From Acidimicrobiia bacterium (GTDB taxonomy: Bacteria; Actinomycetota; Acidimicrobiia; IMCC26256; DASPTH01), in contig JBEVIU010000029.1 of NCBI GenBank assembly GCA_040510575.1, positions 1-34,890 of the forward strand: DNA of 34,890 nt, in the 5' to 3' direction. Below, in pieces: positions 27,035-34,890 of this stretch. Position 1 is the stretch's first letter. Every line of letters starts with the position of its first letter. The notes beneath the pieces were generated by a model. That model was not told the origin of the DNA and did not search any database. It worked only from the letters and a program-made list of their open reading frames with translations. The position numbers and the translations under genes were made by a program.

Positions 27035-28141
27035 TCAGGTCGCGGTGGGCTCGATCTCGTTGAGGCGATCGATCAACATCCGCAACCGCGCCCACCCGCG
27101 TCGATCGAAACGGAACGCAAGGCGTGGAAGCTCGACGTGATCCTCGTCGGCGAGCTCGGCCGGCGTCGTGGCGATCGGAGTGAGCGAGCCGCGCACCACG
27201 ATGTCGGCGAACTCGTCGGACAGCGCAGCGATGGTGGACGCGTCGGGAAGCTCGTACACGCGCAGCACGAGCTGGCCGTCGACGAAGCGCAGCGAGTGGT
27301 AGTTCCGGTAGAAGGTGAGGACTTCGCGCACCGCATCGTCGACGTCGTCGGTGACGTGGACGAGTCGGAGGTCGTCGTTCGACACGTACCCCGTGGCGAG
27401 CAGCTCCGCGACGACGAACGCGTGCCACTCCTTCCAGTACGTACCGCCGGGGGTGTCGAGCAGCACCACCGGCGCGGGCTGCGCCTTGCCTGTCTGCAAC
27501 AGCGTCAGCAGCTCGAACGCCTCGTCGAGGGTGCCGAAGCCCCCCGGCAGCAGGACGAATCCGTCGGACTCCTTGATGAACGCGAGCTTGCGCGTGAAGA
27601 AGTATCGGAAGTTCACGAGCTTCGGATCGCCGTCGATGAACTGGCTGGTGGCCGCCTCGAACGGCAGCTTGATGCTCACGCCGAAGGCGTGCTCCGGCCC
27701 GGCGCCCTCGATGCCGGCTTCCATGATCCCCGGTCCTGCGCCGGTGACGACCATCCAGTCGAGCGCGGCGAGCGCGGCGGCGAGATCGCGGGCGTGGAGG
27801 TAGAGCGGATCGTCGGGTCGAGTGCGGGCGGATCCGAAGATCGCGACCTTGCGGGCCAAGCGGTACGGCGCGAACACGTGGAAGGAGTGGCGCATCTCCT
27901 TCAACGCCGCGTTGGCGATCTTGAGATCGCCACGGTCGGCGCGGTCGCGCGCGAGCCGGAGCGCCGACACCACGAGCTCGAAGATCAGGTCGGCGTCGTC
28001 GGGATCGGCGATGCGCTCGACGAGGTCGGTGACCGCGGCGTCGAGCTCGCGGTCGCCGGTGCGGTAGCGAGGCACGCGGGGTCGGGACGCGCGAGCCGGC
28101 CGAGATGCCGCCGGTCCGGCGGGTCGCGCCGGCTCGGTCAC
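27035..28141 (-). CDS. LOG family nucleotide phosphoribohydrolase (long form)
   Basis: IFGSART, TGAGPGIME, YFFTRK..F and PGGFGTLDE, with N- and C-terminal extensions. Confidence 0.9.
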   Translation of the reverse strand: MTEPARPAGPAASRPARASRPRVPRYRTGDRELDAAVTDLVERIADPDDADLIFELVVSALRLARDRADRGDLKIANAALKEMRHSFHVFAPYRLARKVAIFGSARTRPDDPLYLHARDLAAALAALDWMVVTGAGPGIMEAGIEGAGPEHAFGVSIKLPFEAATSQFIDGDPKLVNFRYFFTRKLAFIKESDGFVLLPGGFGTLDEAFELLTLLQTGKAQPAPVVLLDTPGGTYWKEWHAFVVAELLATGYVSNDDLRLVHVTDDVDDAVREVLTFYRNYHSLRFVDGQLVLRVYELPDASTIAALSDEFADIVVRGSLTPIATTPAELADEDHVELPRLAFRFDRRGWARLRMLIDRLNEIEPTAT

Positions 28142-29127
28142 CGGTCCAGCAGTGTCGACGCCAACTCGGCCAGCGAGGTCTGGGGGCGCGCACCGAGGTG
28201 ACCGATCACCTCGGCCGCGGCCAGCGCGGCGAGCCGCCCGGCGGTGCCGAGGTCGTAGCCGTGGGTGAGACCGAAGAGGAAGCCGGCGGCGAAGAGATCA
28301 CCAGCGCCGGTGGTGTCGACGACCTGTGCGACGGGATGGGCGTCGATCACGTGCACCTCGTCGCGGGTGACGACGACCGCACCCTTCTCGCTGCGGGTCA
28401 ACGCGGCGATCTCACAGTGGCGCGCGACATGCTGGAGTGCGTCGTCGAACTCGGCGACCTCGTACAGCGAGGTGATCTCTGCTTCGTTCGCGAACAGCAC
28501 GTCGACGTCGCGTTCGATGAGCTCCACGAACTCGGCGCGGTGGCGATCGACGCAGAAGGAGTCGGAGAGCGTGAACGCGACCCGGTTCCCGGCGTCGTGC
28601 GCGACCTGCGCGGCATGGCGGAACGCGTCCTTGGCGTCGGGCTCGTCCCAGAGGTACCCCTCGAGGAACAGCACCTGGGCTCGACCGAGCGTGTCGGGAT
28701 CGATCTGGGGCCGGCCCAGGCGCGACGACGCGCCCAGGTAGGTGTTGAGCGTGCGTTGCGCATCGGGAGTGACGATGATCAGGCAGCGACCGGTCGGGTC
28801 GCTGTCGACTGCCGGCTTCGTGGTGAACTCGACCCCGGCGGCGCGGATGTCGTGACCGAACACCGCGCCGAGCTGGTCGTCGTTGACCCGTCCGATGAAC
28901 GCGGCTGCGCCACCGAACGATGCGATCCCCACCATCGTGTTCGCGGCAGACCCCCCCGACATCTCGGTCGACGGCCCCATCGCCGCGTAGAGCTCTTCGG
29001 CTCGCGCGGTGTCGATGAGCGTCATCGCACCCTTCTCGAGACCGTGCGCGCCGATGAAGGCGTCGGGCTCGTGGCTCAGCACGTCGACCAGCGCGTTGCC
29101 GATCCCGACCACGTCGAGGCGGGTCAC
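28138..29127 (-). CDS. PfkB-family adenosine/nucleoside kinase
   Basis: GIGNALVD, SGGSAANT, RTLNTYLG, EGYLWD, FANEAE and DTTGAGDLFAAG. Confidence 0.88.
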   Translation of the reverse strand: MTRLDVVGIGNALVDVLSHEPDAFIGAHGLEKGAMTLIDTARAEELYAAMGPSTEMSGGSAANTMVGIASFGGAAAFIGRVNDDQLGAVFGHDIRAAGVEFTTKPAVDSDPTGRCLIIVTPDAQRTLNTYLGASSRLGRPQIDPDTLGRAQVLFLEGYLWDEPDAKDAFRHAAQVAHDAGNRVAFTLSDSFCVDRHRAEFVELIERDVDVLFANEAEITSLYEVAEFDDALQHVARHCEIAALTRSEKGAVVVTRDEVHVIDAHPVAQVVDTTGAGDLFAAGFLFGLTHGYDLGTAGRLAALAAAEVIGHLGARPQTSLAELASTLLDR

Positions 29128-31607
29128 GCGTCGTTCCGGTCCGCCGGGGCCGGTCCGCCGAGGGTCACCGGCACGCGGGAGGTGAGCGACACCGGCGTGC
29201 CCTGCACCGGCCCGTGGTCGTGCTCGTGCGCCTGCTCAGGCGGCGGCCGGAGCCGTCGTCCGACGGTGCTGACGCGGCCGTACAGGGTCGTGCGCTGCTC
29301 GAGTGGCCGGCCCAAGGGTTCGACGATGCGAGCGAAGTCGGCGTCGTCGAGCTCCTGGCCATGGCTCGCACCCGCGGCGCGGGAGATGTTCTCGTCCATC
29401 AGGGTGCCGCCGAGGTCGTTGCAGCCGGCGAGCAGGGCCTGGCGCGCACCGGTGATGCCCGCCTTCACCCACGAGACCTGCACGTTGTCGATCCAGCCCC
29501 GGTAGGCGATGCGACCCACCGCATGGATGAGCACGAGCTCGCGCATCGTGGGGCCTCGACGCGACCGCTTCTGCAGGTAGAGCGGGCTGCCCATGTGCAC
29601 GAAGGGCAACGGGACGAACTCCGTGAACCCGCCCGTCTCCTTCTGGAGGTCGCGCGTCCGCACGATGTGGCGAGCAACGTGCACGGGTTGCTCCACCGTG
29701 CCGAACATGATCGTGATGTTGGAGCGAAGCCCGACGGAGTGGGCGACGCGATGGGCCTCGAGCCACTCCTCGGTGTTCACCTTGTCGGGGCAGATGATCG
29801 CCCGCACCTCGTCGTCGAGCACTTCTGCCGCGGTGCCGGGCAACGACGCGAGGCCGGCATCCTTGGCCAGGAGCAGGTACTCCCCGAGGGGCATCCCGAG
29901 GCGACGCGCGCCTTCGGTGACCTCGAGCGCGGTGAACCCGTGCAGGTGGATCGACGGTGCCGCCTCCTTCACCGCGCGAGCGACCGAGAGGTAGTACTCG
30001 CCGTCGAAGTCGGGGTGGATGCCACCCTGGAGGCACACCTCGGTGGCGCCGCAGTCGACCGCCTCGACGACGCGGCGCTGGATCTCCTCGCGGTCGAGGA
30101 GATACGGCGTGCCGCGCAGGTTCAGTGAGAGCGGGCCCTTGGAGAAGGCGCAGAACTTGCACTTGAACGTGCAGATGTTCGTGTAGTTGATGTTGCGGGT
30201 GCGCACGAAGGTGACGACATCGCCCACCGCCTCGCGGCGTAGCTGATCGGCGAGTGCGGCGACGCGGGTGACTTCCGAACCGCGCGCGGAGAGCAATGTG
30301 ACGATCTCCTCGACACCGACCTCCTCGCCGGCGCGCACGCCGTCGAGCACGACGTCGACCGACGAGCCGAGGTGCGCGGACGGACGCGCCGACGTGGCGC
30401 CCGCAGCCGCGGCGATCGCCGCCGGCGTGAGGACAGTGGGGGGCGACGCTTCGCTGCCGGCCGACCAGTCGTCGTCGCGGGCGAGGGCGTCCATGTCGGA
30501 GAGCGCGAGCACCGGGAACCGCACGTCGGGGTGCAGCCAGCGATCGGCGTCGCGCACGAACTCGGGATAGGCCGTGAGCCGCGGGGCGAGCGTCTTGCCT
30601 GCATCTTCGGTGGCCGCCCGCAGCAGCTCGAGCGAGGGCCACGGGCGCTCGGGGTTCACGTGGTCGGCGGTGACGGGGGAGACGCCACCCCAGTCGTCGA
30701 TCCCGGCCGCCACCAGGGCACCGAGCTCGTCGGGGTCGGAGAGGTTCGGCGGGGCCTGGACGTGCACCTCGGGCGGGAGCAGGAGGCGGGCGGTGGCGAT
30801 CGCCCGCAGGTACTCGTCGCGGTCACAGGCGTCGTGCTTGGCCATGGCCGTGCCCGCCTTGGGCAGGAAGTTCTGGACGATGACCTCCTGCACGTGGCCG
30901 AACCGAGCGTGCGAGTCGCGGATGGCCACCAGCGCGTCGATCCGTTCGGCGCGCGTCTCGCCGATGCCCACCAGGATGCCGGTGGTGAACGGCACCGCGG
31001 CGCGGCCCGCCGCCTCCAACGTGGCCAGCCGGCGCTCGGGGGTCTTGTCGGGTGCGCCGGCGTGCGGGCCTCCCGGCTCGCCGAGCCGGGCCGCGAGCGT
31101 CTCGATCATCATCCCCTGCGACGGCGACACCGCCCGCAGCAGCTCGAGCTCGGCCTCGTCGAGCGCGCCTGCGTTGGCGTGGGGGAGCAGCCCCGTCTCC
31201 TCGAGCACCGCTCGGCACGCCGCGGCGAGGTAGTCGACGGTCGAGGTGTAGCCGTGAGCGTGAAGCCATTCCTGCGCCACCGGGTACCGCGCCTCGGGTG
31301 CCTCGCCGAGGGTGAAGAGCGCCTCACGACAGCCCATCGCAGCGCCGCGGCGCGCGATCGCGAGCACCTCGTCGAGCGTGAGGTAGGGGGCGTCGAGGCG
31401 GGCCGGCGGCTTCGCAAACGTGCAGTAGCCGCATCGATCGCGACACAGCATGGTCAGCGGGACGAACACCTTCGGCGAGAAGGTCATGCGGGAACCGTGG
31501 AAGCGGTCGCGGAGTCGTCCGGCCTCCTCGATCAGGTCCCCGAGTGGGACGTCGATCAGCGCGTGCGGGTCGTCGGCAGCGAGCGCGGCGAGCGATGAGA
31601 CGGGCAT
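29124..31607 (-). CDS. fbiC: Bifunctional FO synthase CofG/CofH
   Basis: Two radical-SAM motifs (CRDRCGYC; CTFKCKFC), DDWGGVSPVT.DHVNPE.PWP and NDLGGTLMDENISRAAG. Start is ATG 31607. Confidence 0.93.
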   Translation of the reverse strand: MPVSSLAALAADDPHALIDVPLGDLIEEAGRLRDRFHGSRMTFSPKVFVPLTMLCRDRCGYCTFAKPPARLDAPYLTLDEVLAIARRGAAMGCREALFTLGEAPEARYPVAQEWLHAHGYTSTVDYLAAACRAVLEETGLLPHANAGALDEAELELLRAVSPSQGMMIETLAARLGEPGGPHAGAPDKTPERRLATLEAAGRAAVPFTTGILVGIGETRAERIDALVAIRDSHARFGHVQEVIVQNFLPKAGTAMAKHDACDRDEYLRAIATARLLLPPEVHVQAPPNLSDPDELGALVAAGIDDWGGVSPVTADHVNPERPWPSLELLRAATEDAGKTLAPRLTAYPEFVRDADRWLHPDVRFPVLALSDMDALARDDDWSAGSEASPPTVLTPAAIAAAAGATSARPSAHLGSSVDVVLDGVRAGEEVGVEEIVTLLSARGSEVTRVAALADQLRREAVGDVVTFVRTRNINYTNICTFKCKFCAFSKGPLSLNLRGTPYLLDREEIQRRVVEAVDCGATEVCLQGGIHPDFDGEYYLSVARAVKEAAPSIHLHGFTALEVTEGARRLGMPLGEYLLLAKDAGLASLPGTAAEVLDDEVRAIICPDKVNTEEWLEAHRVAHSVGLRSNITIMFGTVEQPVHVARHIVRTRDLQKETGGFTEFVPLPFVHMGSPLYLQKRSRRGPTMRELVLIHAVGRIAYRGWIDNVQVSWVKAGITGARQALLAGCNDLGGTLMDENISRAAGASHGQELDDADFARIVEPLGRPLEQRTTLYGRVSTVGRRLRPPPEQAHEHDHGPVQGTPVSLTSRVPVTLGGPAPADRNDA

Positions 31608-31614
31608 CCGAGGC

Positions 31615-31620
31615 AGCCTA
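31615..31620 (-). promoter_or_regulatory. -10 element TAGGCT for the fbiC operon
   Basis: 7 nt before ATG 31607. Confidence 0.6.
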
Positions 31621-31638
31621 ACGGCGATGATGGAAACC

Positions 31639-32730
31639 ATGGATGAGGCGACGGTCGCCGCGTACGAGCGCGCCGCGACCGAGTGGCGCGACCAGCGACC
31701 CGCGAAGTTCCTCGACCGCGCGGAGCACCTCGCGGCGCTCGTGCCGAACGGCGCGGTCACCGCCGACCTCGGATGTGGCGCCGGACTGCATCTGCCGTTC
31801 CTGGGTCGTCCGGCCGTCGCGCTCGATGCGGCCGCGGCGATGGTGAGGATCACCCGCGACGTCGCCGCTGACGCGATGGGCGTGCAGGCCGACCTCGAGC
31901 ACCTCCCGTTCCGGCGAGGCGCACTCGGTGGCGCGTGGGCGCGAGCGAGCTACCTGCACGTGCCGCGCACACACCTTCCGGCAGCGCTTGCCGACTTGCA
32001 CCGCGCCACCGCGGTCGACGGCTACGTCCACCTCTCGATGGAGCCGGGCAGCGAGGACGGAACCGCGCCGGACGATGCGTTCCCGGGCCGGTTCTTCGCC
32101 CGGTGGTCGCTCGACGCATTGCACGACGTCCTGGTCGGAGCCGGCTTCGACGTGGTCTCGCTGGAGCTCGATCCCGACGACGACACCTGGATCCACGCGC
32201 TCGCGCAGCGGGCGCGCACGTTGCCCGACACGGTGGGCCCGGGGATGCGGCTGCTGGTGTGCGGCCTGAACCCGAGCGTCCTCTCGGCCGACGTCGGTGT
32301 CGGCTTCGCCCGCCGTGGGAACCGGTTCTGGCCCGCCGCGCTCGACGCCGGCATCGTCACCGCCGACCGCGACCCTCGGGACGCACTGGTGCACCACCGC
32401 GTCGGCATGACCGACCTGGCGAAGCGGGCGACGGCCCGCGCCGACGAGCTCAGCCGCGACGAGTACCGCGAGGGGGCCGCTCGCGTCGAACGGCTCGTGC
32501 AATGGCTGCGCCCCGGCGCGGTCTGCTTCGTCGGCCTCGCGGGCTACCGCGCGGCCGTCGATCGCAGCGCGGTGCCCGGCGTGCAGCCGGAGCGGTTCGG
32601 CGACGTGCCCAGCTACGTGATGCCCAGCACCAGCGGCCTCAACGCGCGGACGACACCGGCCGAGCTCGCCGACCATCTCCGCGCCGCCGCGAAGCTCGCC
32701 GACGATTCACTGGGGCTCGCGTCGCAATGA
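31639..32730 (+). CDS. Class I SAM-dependent methyltransferase fused to a Mug/TDG-family DNA glycosylase
   Basis: N-domain ADLGCGAG, DLEHLPF and ASYLHVP; C-domain LVCGLNPS, FA..GNRFW and MPSTSGLNA; one uninterrupted frame. Start is ATG 31639 (or 31627/31630). Confidence 0.82.
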   Translation: MDEATVAAYERAATEWRDQRPAKFLDRAEHLAALVPNGAVTADLGCGAGLHLPFLGRPAVALDAAAAMVRITRDVAADAMGVQADLEHLPFRRGALGGAWARASYLHVPRTHLPAALADLHRATAVDGYVHLSMEPGSEDGTAPDDAFPGRFFARWSLDALHDVLVGAGFDVVSLELDPDDDTWIHALAQRARTLPDTVGPGMRLLVCGLNPSVLSADVGVGFARRGNRFWPAALDAGIVTADRDPRDALVHHRVGMTDLAKRATARADELSRDEYREGAARVERLVQWLRPGAVCFVGLAGYRAAVDRSAVPGVQPERFGDVPSYVMPSTSGLNARTTPAELADHLRAAAKLADDSLGLASQ

Positions 32731-32731
32731 T

Positions 32732-32757
32732 CGTCGGCTGGATCCCGGTGGCCGACG
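32732..32757. terminator. Hairpin between the convergent fusion gene and tal
   Basis: cgtcggc...gccgacg 7-bp stem, extendable by two G-U pairs. Confidence 0.5.
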
Positions 32758-32761
32758 TTGG

Positions 32762-33859
32762 TCAGTTGCCGACTTCGGCCCGGCGCTTCTCGATGGTCGT
32801 GAACGCGTCACGGAACGAGTTCGCGAACGATTCGACGCCTTCACGCTCGAGGGTTGCCGTGACGTCGTCGATGTCGACACCCGCGGCGGCGAGATCGGCC
32901 ATCACCTGGTGCGCCTCGTCGACGCCCTGCGCGACCGTGTCCGCTCGCTGGTTGCCCTCGCCGCGCTGCAGTGACTCGATCGACGCGGGCGCAAGTGTGT
33001 TGACGGTGTCGGGGCCGATGAGCTCATCGACGTAGAGGGTCGACGGGTACGCGGGGTTCTTGGTCGACGTCGACGCCCAGAGCGGTCGTTGCAACCGCGC
33101 GCCAGCCGCCGCCAGCGCGTCCCACCGAGGACCGGCGAACCGATTGCGGAACAGCTCGTAGGCCAGCTTGGCGTTCGCCACCGCCGCCTTGCCGCGCAGC
33201 GGGGAGTCGTCGGGGAGGCGCGGATCGGTCTCGGTGTCGACCCGGCTCACGAAGAACGACGCGACCGAGGAGATCTTGGACACGTCGCCGCCGGTCTCCG
33301 CCAGGCGTTCGAGCCCCTTGAGGTACGCCTCGATCACGAGCTCGTGGCGGGCGATCGAGAAGATCAGGGTGACGTTGACGTTGATGCCCGACGCGATCGT
33401 CTCCTCGACCGCCGGGATCCCCTCCAGGGTTCCGGGGATCTTGATCATGAGATTGGGACGGTCGACGCGCGCGAACAGCGAACGCGCGGCGGCGATCGTG
33501 CCGGCCGTGTCGTGTGCCAGCTCGGGCGACACCTCGAGCGACACGAAGCCGTCGCCGCCGTCGAGTGCGTCGTACACCGGCCGGAGCAGATCGGCGGCCG
33601 CCTTGATGTCGTCGACGACCACGCTCCAGTAGGTGTCCTCGATCGACAGGCCCGACGTCGCCGCCGCCGCCAGCGCCTCGTCATACCCCTCGCCCGCGTC
33701 GATCGCCTTGTCGAGGATGGTCGGGTTCGACGTCACGCCGCGGATGCCGTCGACGGTGATGAGCGACTGCAGGCCACCGCCCGACAGCAACGGTCGCGCC
33801 AGGTTGTCGTACCACGGGCTCTGTCCGAAATCGTTGAGCTTGGCGATGGCACTGGTCAT
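32762..33859 (-). CDS. tal: Transaldolase
   Basis: GVTSNPTI, VSLEVSP, IKIPGT, NVTLIFS, SFFVSRVD and LWASTSTK. Confidence 0.96.
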   Translation of the reverse strand: MTSAIAKLNDFGQSPWYDNLARPLLSGGGLQSLITVDGIRGVTSNPTILDKAIDAGEGYDEALAAAATSGLSIEDTYWSVVVDDIKAAADLLRPVYDALDGGDGFVSLEVSPELAHDTAGTIAAARSLFARVDRPNLMIKIPGTLEGIPAVEETIASGINVNVTLIFSIARHELVIEAYLKGLERLAETGGDVSKISSVASFFVSRVDTETDPRLPDDSPLRGKAAVANAKLAYELFRNRFAGPRWDALAAAGARLQRPLWASTSTKNPAYPSTLYVDELIGPDTVNTLAPASIESLQRGEGNQRADTVAQGVDEAHQVMADLAAAGVDIDDVTATLEREGVESFANSFRDAFTTIEKRRAEVGN

Positions 33860-34890
33860 GAACGTGCTCCCTGGTCGAGCAGCGTGCGTGCGCGCGCCGC
33901 GACGTTGTCAGAGGTGAAACCGAATTCGGCGAGGACGGTGCCACCCGGCGCCGACGCGCCGAAGTGGTCGATGGCGACGGTGTCGTCGGCGTAGCGGTCC
34001 CAGCCGAAGCTCGAGCCCGCCTCGACGGCAAGGGTCGGCACGCCCTTCGGGAGCACCGACGCCTGGTAGTCGGCCGGCTGGGCGTCGAACAGCTCCCAGC
34101 AGGGGAACGAGACCACCCGCACCGAGCGGCCTTCGGCGGCGAGCGCTTCAGCCGCGTTCACGCACAGCGACACCTCGGATCCGGTGCCGACGAGCACGAG
34201 CTCCGGGACGTCGCCGGTCTCGTCGACGAGCACGTACGCGCCGCGAGCGAGCCCGACAGCGCCGCGCTCGGCGGTGCCCACGAGCACAGGCGAGTTCTGG
34301 CGAGCGAGCACCATCGCGGTGGGCCCGTCGGAGTCGATGTGCAGCCTCCACGCCAACGCGCACTCGTTGGCGTCGGCGGGCCGTATGACGCGCAGGTTGG
34401 GCATGGCACGCAGTGACGCGAGGTGCTCGATCGGTTGGTGGGTCGGGCCGTCTTCGCCGACGCCCACGGAGTCGTGGGTCCACACGAAGGCGGTCTTGTA
34501 CTGCGAGAGCGCAGCGAGGCGCACCGCGGGGCGCATGTAGTCACTGAACACGAAGAACGTGCCGCCGGCGGGGAGCACCCCGCTCACCGACATGCCGTTC
34601 ATGATCGAGCCCATGCCGTGCTCGCGCACACCGAAATGCAGCTGGCGACCTCGGAACTGGTGGGTGCCGATCACCTCGCTCTCGTCGAGCAGCGTGCCGG
34701 TGTTCTCGCTGAGGTCGGCGCCGCCCGCGAGCAGCCCGGGAACCACGTCGACGATCGCGCTCAGGATCTTCCCCGACGCCCGGCGCGTGGCCACCGATTC
34801 GCCCGGCTCCCACGTCGGAAGCTTCGCTTCCCAACCCGGGAGGCCGCGCTGCGCGAGACAGGCCTCGTACTCCTCGAAGAGCGGAGCTTC
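33856..34890 (-). CDS. tkt: Transketolase, C-terminal part (5' end outside the window)
   Basis: GADL, FGVREH.M, GTFFVFSDY.RPAVRL, THDSVGVGEDGPTHQP and FGASAP. The frame is open to the window edge; ATGA overlap with tal. Confidence 0.96.
   Translation of the reverse strand, partial: EAPLFEEYEACLAQRGLPGWEAKLPTWEPGESVATRRASGKILSAIVDVVPGLLAGGADLSENTGTLLDESEVIGTHQFRGRQLHFGVREHGMGSIMNGMSVSGVLPAGGTFFVFSDYMRPAVRLAALSQYKTAFVWTHDSVGVGEDGPTHQPIEHLASLRAMPNLRVIRPADANECALAWRLHIDSDGPTAMVLARQNSPVLVGTAERGAVGLARGAYVLVDETGDVPELVLVGTGSEVSLCVNAAEALAAEGRSVRVVSFPCWELFDAQPADYQASVLPKGVPTLAVEAGSSFGWDRYADDTVAIDHFGASAPGGTVLAEFGFTSDNVAARARTLLDQGARS

Noticed and set aside
31639-32730. Restriction-modification or DNA methyltransferase system
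   Set aside because: The MTase domain lacks the C5 (PC) and amino-MTase (D/NPPY) catalytic motifs, and there is no partner endonuclease.

Overview
High-GC, gene-dense bacterial chromosomal segment, most consistent with an actinobacterium (Acidimicrobiia-like by gene content; inference). It holds about 35 CDSs. I found no rRNA, tRNA, CRISPR or mobile element. The housekeeping backbone is typA, ctaA, an ABC-2 exporter pair, a TlpA-like redoxin, ctaB, an orphan groES, glcDEF, fbiC, tal and a partial tkt, which echoes the mycobacterial tal-tkt-ctaB-ctaA-ABC neighbourhood. The most interesting accessory block is 1008-3977: a serine-palmitoyltransferase-like enzyme translationally coupled to a stand-alone E2/CAT-fold acyltransferase with an altered catalytic motif, converging on an LpxO/OlsC-like hydroxylase. 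This is a candidate non-canonical sphingolipid/aminolipid pathway. Also notable are a SAM-methyltransferase::Mug glycosylase fusion, an fbiC-adenosine kinase-LOG operon, a gamma-PGA-hydrolase/nucleoside phosphorylase/MTA deaminase operon, pervasive leaderless-type promoters (TAnnnT 6-9 nt before start codons) and short tandem duplications centred on start/stop codons. All protein calls come from motif recognition by eye; no database search was run.
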